Positions 1 through 8,089 of a stretch of DNA of 64,000 nt are shown here, piece after piece. This stretch comes from Chitinophagales bacterium (lineage in GTDB: Bacteria > Bacteroidota > Bacteroidia > Chitinophagales > Chitinophagaceae), in the NCBI GenBank assembly GCA_038209595.1, contig JBBQXO010000009.1, forward strand, positions 76 to 64,075. The letters are read 5' to 3'. The translations under genes were made by a program, and so were the position numbers. The notes beneath the pieces are model-generated. The model saw nothing but the letters and a program-made list of their open reading frames with translations, had not been told where the DNA came from and made no database searches. The first letter of the stretch is position 1, and each line of letters opens with the position of its first letter.

Positions 1-1
1 C

Positions 2-3000
2 ATAAATCAGGAGCTACTTATGAACTACGATGCTGCAGGCAATATGGTATCTTTTACCAACCAAAACAACGAAACCACCTTTTTAGGTTATGATGCGAGC
101 AATAGGGTTGCGAGTGTAACTGATGCGGTGGCACAAAAGACAAAGATTGCCTACGATGGCATGGACAATATTCTTTCCATTACCGATCCGCTGAATAAAA
201 CCATGCAATTTGCTTATGACAAGCAGACAAACCTGAAGCAATTTACTGATAAAATTGGTGACGACACCCAGCTAGAGCGAGATGCTAATGGAAACATTAT
301 ATCCGCTACTATGCCAAACGGGCAGGTGTATGTGTTTAGTTACGACCGGCTAAACCGCCTCACCGAAGTGAGCGACAATACCGGAAGCATGGCAAAATAC
401 AGCTATGATAAAAACGGTAATCTTTCTGGCTACACCGATGGCAATGGTGGCGTAACTACTGCTAGTTACGATAACCTCGATAGGGTGACCAAACTAACCG
501 ATCCCTTGGGCAACAGTTGGCAGTACGGATACGACAACAATGATAATATAGTTTCGATAACCGATCGGGAAGGGCGCACCAGTAATTTTTCCTACGACAA
601 CCGAAACCGCGTAGCTACCTATACCAACAATATAGGCGGTGTGGTAACGGTAGGCTACGATGCGGCTAACAATGCCACATCGCTTACCGACGAAAATGGC
701 AATGTAACTAACTATACTTACGATGTCTTAAACCGCCGCAGCAGGATAACCTATGCCGATGGAACCTATCAGCAGTACAGCTACGATAGCAAGAGCAACT
801 TAATAACGCTAAGAATGGCAGATGCTAAAACCATCAACTACAGCTACGATGTGCTAAACAGGATGATTACCAAAACATTGCCCGGCGGAGACGTGTACAC
901 TTACGGTTATGACGCATTGAGTAGAATTGTTACTGCCACCAATAATCAGGGTACGGTAACTTTTAATTACGATGCCTTAAACCGCATTACATCCGAAACC
1001 TTTGGTGCAAGAACAACGAATTATGCCTATGATGTGGCGGGTAGAACCCAAACCACCCGATACCCGGACGGAACCATCATTGTAAAAAGTTTTGATGCAC
1101 GCAACCGGTTGGTGCAAATGACCAAAGACAGCGTACTGATAGCATCGTACAGCTACAACAATGCCGACCAACAAACTGCCAAAACATTTGCCAACGGTTC
1201 GAGCACCCAAATGCAATATGATTTTGCAGGGCGACTGATTAGTTTGAATAGCACGGCAGCAAGTGGCTCCATACAGCAAAGCAGTTTTACCTATGATAAG
1301 GAACGGAACAAAACAAATATTACCCGCAATAACAACCCGGCGCTTAGCGAAACATTTACCTATGATGCCAAATACCGCCTGACACAATACCAACGAGGTA
1401 CTGCGCAAAATAGTTATACCTACGATGCAGCAGGAAACCGCACTGCTGCAAGTATCAATGGCACACCACTAGCCTACACCAAAAACAACCTGAACCAGAT
1501 GTTGGGTGTAAATGTTAGCAGCTTTACATTTGATGGTAAAGGCAATATTACCTACGATGGTAGTTACTATAAAACCTACGATGGAGAAAACAGGTTGGTG
1601 AAAGATTCTGCTTCGCCTACCCGGGTAATTACCTACGCATACGATGCCTTTGGCCGCAGAACACGTAAAACCATTAATGGGCAGGTAAAAAACTACACCT
1701 ATAGTGGTGCGGTACAAATTGAGGAACTTGATGGTAGTCAGGCCCTACTGAATAGAACCATTTACAGTGGCATGCTTTCTCCCGTTTTGCAGGATAACAA
1801 TGGCCACTCGTACTACTATCATGCCAACGAATTGGGCAGTATAGAAGCGCTTACCAATGGCAACGGCAGGTTGGTAGAATCTTATCGGTATGATGCATTT
1901 GGAAAATTGTTGAGATTTGATAGTATGAATAATCCGTTAGCAGCATCTATTGCCAGCAACCGCATTGGTTTTACCGGGCAGGAGTACGACAGTGCCACTG
2001 CCAGCTATCGCTTTTTTTACCGGAATTATTCTCCAGAAAATGGAGTATTTAATCAGCGGGATCCTTTGGAATATACTGATGCCACAAGTATGTATCAGTA
2101 TGTGGGAAATAATCCTGCGAATGGAGTGGATGTGTGGGGGTTGGAGGAGTGCAAAATTGACCTCTCTAAAACGATAGATATTCCAATAATAAATCACGAC
2201 AACTTTCTCCGGGCAACTGGTGATGCGTTAAAAACTCAAACTATAAGTGAACAGAGAAAAGGTGTTGGAAAGGTAGTTTGGGAGGGGACTAAAACAATTG
2301 GAGGAGCAGCAATATTTCAAGCTACTGTAGGTGAAGTTGGAGGAATTCTAGGGGAATTCGGAGTAAGTGGTGCTGCTGAATACGCTTCTACAGTTGGGTT
2401 GAAATCAATTGTGAAAACAATCGGCATAAAAGCGATTACCAATATTGGGGCTGCTGTAACATCGGGAACCGTTGCAGTTGCTGGTGGAGGTTCCTTAATT
2501 ATTGGTGGAGTTGGTTTATACAAAATTAAACTCGACAAAGAGCAGTATGAAAGAGATGTTGACGCCAACAGTAGAGAGGTTAGGGAATACATGTGGCAGC
2601 AGGGCAAAACAGATGAAGAAAGGGTTCAAAGGATAATGAAATTAGATGGACTTGAAGAGGCAAGGAGACAAAGAACAAGACTTTATGAGGAAGATTGCAA
2701 AAACGGAGGGACTCGCAGAAATCTGCGTTTCAGATGGGATCCAAGCAAAAAAATGTGGGTACTCGTCCCCTTAGATCCCAACCTGATTGTAGGCCCCGAA
2801 GGCATTGAAGAAAAGCGCTGGATAAATGCCAAAGACCGGATGCCTTATACCATCATGTTTGAAAATGATTCTACCGCAACCGCAAGGGCACGTTATGTGC
2901 GTATTACAAGCCGTGTAGAACCCAAGCAGGATGCTACTTCATTGGAACTCGGCAGCGTTAGTTTCAACAACGAAACCTTCGAAATTCCACCCGGGTTATC

Positions 3001-4159
3001 ATCGTACTATACCCGCCTCGATAGCCGCGATAGCACCGGTGTATTTGTGGATCTTACCGCAGGCTACGATGTAATAAACAAGCAAATATTCTGGGAGTTG
3101 CAATCTATTGATCCCATTACCCTCATCCCGCCCGACGATCCGTTGGCAGGGTTATTAAAACTACACGACAGCACACAACCCGCTTATGGTAATGGATTTG
3201 TAACTTTTAGAATTAAGCCAGTACTCAACGCGCAAACGCTGGATTCCATTGCGGCAAAGGCCGACATTATTTTTGATGAAAATGAAAGCATACTTACCAA
3301 TATACATACCAATACCCTCGACGCTGTGGCACCCACCACGGATATTATCAGCATTGATGTAACCAACCAAAACAAGGTAACTATGAGTTGGGTAGCCTCG
3401 GACGATGCGGGAGGCGTAGGGATAGATTACTATAGCATTTATATAGCTACCGATGAAGTAAATTACAGTTTGCTGTTTCCAGAAGTTCGAAGAACGGATA
3501 CGAGTTTTTTATTGCCACCTGGCGGCAACTATTGCTTTTTTGTATTGGCTACCGATAGGGTGGGTAATACCGAAACATTAATTCCCGGAAACATACAATG
3601 CAAATCGATTGGTAGCATACTGCCTGTAACCTGGCTGAGTTTTACAGGTGAAAACAAGGACAAGGATAATATACTGCAATGGGCTACCGCAAGCGAGCAA
3701 AACACAACCGAGTTTGAAATTGAACGATCGCTCACCGGCGATAACTTCAAGCGGATAGCTTCGGTGCGGGCAGCCGGCAACACCTCAGAAACAAGACGCT
3801 ACATTTATCGCGACAGACGAATAGACCAACTCAATAGCGATGTGATGTATTACCGGCTAAAGCAAGTAGATAAGAATAACAAATTCAGTTATTCCGGGGT
3901 AGTTAAACTTAACTATAGCATGGATCAAAATAAGCCGTCCATAGTATATCCAAATCCAACTCCGGGCTTAATAACTGTTGTAAGCCACGATCCATTATTG
4001 ATAAAAACGGAAGCTGTGATAACCGATATCAATGGTCGCATAGTGAAGCGGTTTATGATAAAGGCACCTACCCAACAGATAGATCTCAGCAGTCAACCCA
4101 ATGGTATCTACATCATTAAACTTGCTAATAATGAAATTTTAAAAGTTATGAAGCGATAA
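2..4159 (+). CDS. RHS/YD-repeat protein, 5'-truncated by the window edge; the RHS core is followed by a long extension ending in a T9SS C-terminal sorting domain
   Basis: The frame is open back to nt 2. There are many YD repeats (YDxxGN / YDxxNR). The RHS-associated core reads ...YRYDAFGK..GFTGQEYD..FYRNYSPENGVFNQRDP..YQYVGNNPANGVDVWGL and ends at nt 2129-2143. The C-terminal 74 aa (PSIVYPNPTPG...NGIYIIKL..KVMKR) resemble Por_Secre_tail/TIGR04183. Confidence 0.85.
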   Translation: MNQELLMNYDAAGNMVSFTNQNNETTFLGYDASNRVASVTDAVAQKTKIAYDGMDNILSITDPLNKTMQFAYDKQTNLKQFTDKIGDDTQLERDANGNIISATMPNGQVYVFSYDRLNRLTEVSDNTGSMAKYSYDKNGNLSGYTDGNGGVTTASYDNLDRVTKLTDPLGNSWQYGYDNNDNIVSITDREGRTSNFSYDNRNRVATYTNNIGGVVTVGYDAANNATSLTDENGNVTNYTYDVLNRRSRITYADGTYQQYSYDSKSNLITLRMADAKTINYSYDVLNRMITKTLPGGDVYTYGYDALSRIVTATNNQGTVTFNYDALNRITSETFGARTTNYAYDVAGRTQTTRYPDGTIIVKSFDARNRLVQMTKDSVLIASYSYNNADQQTAKTFANGSSTQMQYDFAGRLISLNSTAASGSIQQSSFTYDKERNKTNITRNNNPALSETFTYDAKYRLTQYQRGTAQNSYTYDAAGNRTAASINGTPLAYTKNNLNQMLGVNVSSFTFDGKGNITYDGSYYKTYDGENRLVKDSASPTRVITYAYDAFGRRTRKTINGQVKNYTYSGAVQIEELDGSQALLNRTIYSGMLSPVLQDNNGHSYYYHANELGSIEALTNGNGRLVESYRYDAFGKLLRFDSMNNPLAASIASNRIGFTGQEYDSATASYRFFYRNYSPENGVFNQRDPLEYTDATSMYQYVGNNPANGVDVWGLEECKIDLSKTIDIPIINHDNFLRATGDALKTQTISEQRKGVGKVVWEGTKTIGGAAIFQATVGEVGGILGEFGVSGAAEYASTVGLKSIVKTIGIKAITNIGAAVTSGTVAVAGGGSLIIGGVGLYKIKLDKEQYERDVDANSREVREYMWQQGKTDEERVQRIMKLDGLEEARRQRTRLYEEDCKNGGTRRNLRFRWDPSKKMWVLVPLDPNLIVGPEGIEEKRWINAKDRMPYTIMFENDSTATARARYVRITSRVEPKQDATSLELGSVSFNNETFEIPPGLSSYYTRLDSRDSTGVFVDLTAGYDVINKQIFWELQSIDPITLIPPDDPLAGLLKLHDSTQPAYGNGFVTFRIKPVLNAQTLDSIAAKADIIFDENESILTNIHTNTLDAVAPTTDIISIDVTNQNKVTMSWVASDDAGGVGIDYYSIYIATDEVNYSLLFPEVRRTDTSFLLPPGGNYCFFVLATDRVGNTETLIPGNIQCKSIGSILPVTWLSFTGENKDKDNILQWATASEQNTTEFEIERSLTGDNFKRIASVRAAGNTSETRRYIYRDRRIDQLNSDVMYYRLKQVDKNNKFSYSGVVKLNYSMDQNKPSIVYPNPTPGLITVVSHDPLLIKTEAVITDINGRIVKRFMIKAPTQQIDLSSQPNGIYIIKLANNEILKVMKR

Positions 4160-4182
4160 GTAGTATTTGAACCCCAATAAAG

Positions 4183-4227
4183 CGGCCATCTGAATTGTAC
4201 TAAAGGTAAATTCAGGTGGCCGTTTTA
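4183..4227 (+). terminator. Intrinsic terminator after the RHS gene
   Basis: CGGCCATCTGAAT / ATTCAGGTGGCCG stem with one G-U pair, followed by TTTT, 24 nt after the stop codon. Confidence 0.65.
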
Positions 4228-4495
4228 ATAATTAATTACCTGAAGGGAAGTGCATTGCGAGCTCGCAGGCTTTTCAATCCCTTTGAAATTTTTGCGATTG
4301 AAATAAATACGGCTATAGCCGCAAGAATAAATATTTCCATTGCGTAATGACGTTAAAGAATAGACCCAACAGGACCGATACACCCTTCCATAACCAATAA
4401 GCCTATGAAAGCAACTCTTTAAAAGTCAATTGCAAGATGGGGAAACCTTGCAATGGATGAATCGGGCCGGTTGGGCCATAGTTGGAATGCAGGCG

Positions 4496-4609
4496 TTAAG
4501 AGCGATTCTTATTACTTTCCTTTTTTGCTTTTTTTTGAGCCTGTTTTTCCTTTAAACTTTTGGCTGGTTCTTTTTTCGCAGCCTTCTGTACCGTTTTTTC
4601 CTTTGCCAT
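4496..4609 (-). CDS. Possible small lysine-rich protein (37 aa), speculative
   Basis: ATG-initiated MAKEKTVQKAAKKEPAKSLKEKQAQKKAKKESNKNRS. An 8-bp hairpin (4429-4454) followed by a U-rich stretch lies downstream on the same strand. I recognise no homology. Confidence 0.2.
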   Translation of the reverse strand: MAKEKTVQKAAKKEPAKSLKEKQAQKKAKKESNKNRS

Positions 4610-5144
4610 AAAATGAAAATTTGGCAAAAGATAGCCGTTTTTATGGATTTCGCGATATAAAGCAGACTTACCTCTCAATTCCCACGGTTATTATCACAGA
4701 AGTATGATGAGTTTATTTTTGGTAACATCGGGCTTTAGGCTGTTTTAAAAGCAACAAAAAATATCCATAAGGAAGAATAATACGCCATTATTTAAATCCA
4801 AATGTCAGATTAAGTGCATCAAATGCCCACTTTACTATAGCTGCAAAAAACGGATTGTTGAGAGAGTAATTGATAAGCTTTTTCAGCCTTAACTGAACCT
4901 TATGTAGTTATCATTCGAAAATCTGGTATTACATTTATTTTAGGTAATAATTTTTTAAAAATTATTGTTAGTAGATAGGGAGGAGTAGAACTTTTTCGAA
5001 AATATGAAATTTCAATCTATAAAGCAGTCATTTATATTGTCTTAGACGGTCCCATTATTTTATTGGCTTAGATAGTTACCACAACTTTAAGCTGCCTTTG
5101 GTATGGTAATTCTTATTATTTTCACGCTTTGAAAGTTTTCTACT

Positions 5145-7610
5145 ATGCGTGCCATTCCATTTGTTATCAGTGCTGTCATTACCGGGGGGCTAATATTCCT
5201 GCTCAATAATCCTATTCAATCGATCCCTCCATTGGGTAAATTGCTGAGTCCTTCACATGGGTTCTGGAAAAATGCAGATCCCTTGGAGCAGTCTTTTGAC
5301 TTGGAATTGCCGAATACAGCGGTAGGGGCAACTACTTCTGTTTACCTCGACGACCGCTTAGTACCACATATCTTTGCACAAACGGATAAGGATGCCTATT
5401 ATGTGCAGGGTTACCTGCATGGTAAGTTCAGGCTTTGGCAAATGGAGTTTCAGACACATGCAGCAGCGGGTCGTTTGTGTGAGTTGTTTGGCGAAAAAGT
5501 GGGTGAAAACAGCGTACTCGATTTACGCGACAGGCATTTTCGCAGGTTAGGAATGGTGTGGGCAGCAGAAAGATCCCTGGCTCTCATTGAAAAATACCCT
5601 GATTTAAAAGAAGCACTGGATGCCTATACTGCCGGGGTGAATGCCTGGATTAGTTCTTTATCGCCTGCTGCCTATCCGATTGAGTATAAAATTTTGAATT
5701 ACGCTCCTGAGCCCTGGACACCTCTGAAGACTTGTTTGTTTTTAAAATATATGAGTTATGACCTGGCTAGAGATCTCGATGATTTTGAAGCAACTAACCT
5801 GCGCAATCATCTTGGTGCTGAATTGTTTGAACTGGCATTCCCCATCATGGCCGATTCACTCGATCCTATTTTGCCAAGAGGAACTGATTTTGCCACTACC
5901 TTGGGCAAAATACCGGTACCCGCTGCTATTGATTCGGTTTACAAAGCGGATAAACTAACGGTAAATGCGGATGATATGACGATGCACCTCGAACCAAGGC
6001 ATCCCGATATTGGGAGCAACAACTGGGTGGTTGGAGGAGCAAAGACGGCCTCGGGAAGACCTATTTTATGCAACGATCCCCACCTTGGACTTAACATGCC
6101 CTCGCTTTGGTACGAACTACAGATCCACACGCCTGAATACAACGTTACCGGTGTTAGCTTTCCGGGAGCTCCCGGTATCATCATTGGGTTTAACGACAGT
6201 ATTGCCTGGGGAGTAACCAACGCCATGCGCGACGTGATGGATTTTTATGAAGTGAAATTTCGGGACAGTACCCGCAATGAATATTTGTTTAACGGGGAAT
6301 GGATCAAAACGGAGTGGCGTCTTGAAACCATCAAAATTAAAAATAAAGCAGATTTTGTAGATAAAATACCGATGACCGAATGGGGTCCGGTAATGTTTGA
6401 TCGTAATTATGGCAATGAAAGTAAAGATGGCAAAGCTTATGCGGTGCGTTGGGCTGCCCATGATCCTTCACTGGAAATGAAAACTTTTATGATGCTTAAC
6501 CGGGCAAAGAATTACAATGATTACCTCTCTGCCATTAAAGGATATGCTTGTCCTGGTCAAAATTTTGTATTTGCCAGTAAAAGCAACGAGATTGCCTGGT
6601 GGCAGCAAGCAGATTTTCCGGCAAAATGGCGGCGGCAGGGGGATTTTGTAATGCCCGGATGGGATAGCACCTACGCCTGGCAAACCGATATTCCTCAAAC
6701 AGACAATTTGAATATGGTTAATCCAGAGCGCGGTTTTGTATCCTCAGCCAACCAAATGCCTGCCGATACAACGTACCCTTTTTACCTCGGTGGTTTGCAT
6801 CAGCTATATAGAGGAATCATAATCAATCGTTATCTGCGGGAGATGAACGGAGTAACTGCCCGTAGCATGCAGCAAATGCAAACCGATAATTACAATGTTT
6901 TTGCTGAAACCATAAGGCCTGTTTTGCTAAATCATGTACAAAGAGACCTCTTAACGGCCGAGGAAAGCGAACTGCTTCGGAAATTTGAAATGTGGAATCT
7001 TCGGTCTGACCCCAAAGAGGAAGGTCCGGTGGTTTTTGATCAATGGTGGAAAAAATTGTCTGTAGCCGTTTGGTTGGACAATATTACCCGCCCCGATTCT
7101 CTGGAGGTGATGTACCCGCAGGACCAAACCCTTGTAGAAGCTTTGTTAAAAGATACCGCTTTTTATTTTGTAGATGATATCCGCACTCCCCAAATTGAAA
7201 CACTTTCGGAGCTGGTAACCACGGCATTAAAAAATGCGACCCTTCAATTGCAGGATATGCCCCGGGAATGGGCCGCCTACAAAGCGACCGGGGTTCGACA
7301 TTTATTGGGAAGCAGCCTGCCTATGTTCAGCCGGCTAAACCTGCCCATAGGTGGTGGTTCAAACATCATCAATGCTGCTACCGGGGCATGGGGCCCGAGC
7401 TGGCGGATGGTAGTACAGTTAACAGATGAAACGGAGGCTTACGGAATTTATCCCGGAGGCCAATCGGGTAACCCGGGAAGTCCCTTTTACGACAGCTTTA
7501 TAGACAAATGGGCTGCTGGAGAGTACAATAGTCTGAAAGTTTTGAAAAACGAAGCAGATGCTAAAAAGGGCACCCTTTGGCTTATGAAATTCCAGCCTGG
7601 GAAATCCTGA
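5145..7610 (+). CDS. Penicillin acylase / acyl-homoserine-lactone acylase family Ntn-hydrolase
   Basis: 821 aa with an N-terminal membrane or signal segment. The GSNNWVVGG motif carries the beta-subunit N-terminal nucleophile Ser (nt 6015-6017). The overall pattern matches the penicillin amidase family. Confidence 0.85.
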   Translation: MRAIPFVISAVITGGLIFLLNNPIQSIPPLGKLLSPSHGFWKNADPLEQSFDLELPNTAVGATTSVYLDDRLVPHIFAQTDKDAYYVQGYLHGKFRLWQMEFQTHAAAGRLCELFGEKVGENSVLDLRDRHFRRLGMVWAAERSLALIEKYPDLKEALDAYTAGVNAWISSLSPAAYPIEYKILNYAPEPWTPLKTCLFLKYMSYDLARDLDDFEATNLRNHLGAELFELAFPIMADSLDPILPRGTDFATTLGKIPVPAAIDSVYKADKLTVNADDMTMHLEPRHPDIGSNNWVVGGAKTASGRPILCNDPHLGLNMPSLWYELQIHTPEYNVTGVSFPGAPGIIIGFNDSIAWGVTNAMRDVMDFYEVKFRDSTRNEYLFNGEWIKTEWRLETIKIKNKADFVDKIPMTEWGPVMFDRNYGNESKDGKAYAVRWAAHDPSLEMKTFMMLNRAKNYNDYLSAIKGYACPGQNFVFASKSNEIAWWQQADFPAKWRRQGDFVMPGWDSTYAWQTDIPQTDNLNMVNPERGFVSSANQMPADTTYPFYLGGLHQLYRGIIINRYLREMNGVTARSMQQMQTDNYNVFAETIRPVLLNHVQRDLLTAEESELLRKFEMWNLRSDPKEEGPVVFDQWWKKLSVAVWLDNITRPDSLEVMYPQDQTLVEALLKDTAFYFVDDIRTPQIETLSELVTTALKNATLQLQDMPREWAAYKATGVRHLLGSSLPMFSRLNLPIGGGSNIINAATGAWGPSWRMVVQLTDETEAYGIYPGGQSGNPGSPFYDSFIDKWAAGEYNSLKVLKNEADAKKGTLWLMKFQPGKS

Positions 7611-7667
7611 GTGAATAGAACCAATAAAAGGAACAATTGAAAATATAAGGGTACTAAAAAAATAGGA

Positions 7668-8024
7668 ATGAAATTTTTAATAGCAATAGTATTGGTTGTA
7701 ATTTTTGGATATGCTGCTTTTTTGTTTGCAAACGAAGCGCCCTGGTGGTTGTACACAATCGGTGCTTTGCTTGCTGGACTGCTGGTTCCTCAAAAAGGTT
7801 GGCAAAACTGGCTTGCCGGTTTTTTGGGAATTTTTATACTTTGGCTGGTGCTTACCTGGAAAGCAGATGCTGCAAATGGCCATATCTTATCCATTAAAAT
7901 GGCCAACTTGCTTCCACTTGGTGGTTCCCCGGTAGCTATTATGATTGTAAGCGCCTTTATTGGTGGACTCGTCGGTGGCTTTGCCTCTATGACAGGTGGC
8001 TACATGCGGCCGGCATCAAAATGA
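7668..8024 (+). CDS. Small integral membrane protein (about 4 TM), unknown function
   Basis: 118 aa with four hydrophobic stretches and no competing ORF. Confidence 0.55.
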   Translation: MKFLIAIVLVVIFGYAAFLFANEAPWWLYTIGALLAGLLVPQKGWQNWLAGFLGIFILWLVLTWKADAANGHILSIKMANLLPLGGSPVAIMIVSAFIGGLVGGFASMTGGYMRPASK

Positions 8025-8089
8025 TATTTGACAATTATTTGGCCTTTGAAATGGATCAATTCAAGTTCTTTTGCATTTAAAGCGAAATC

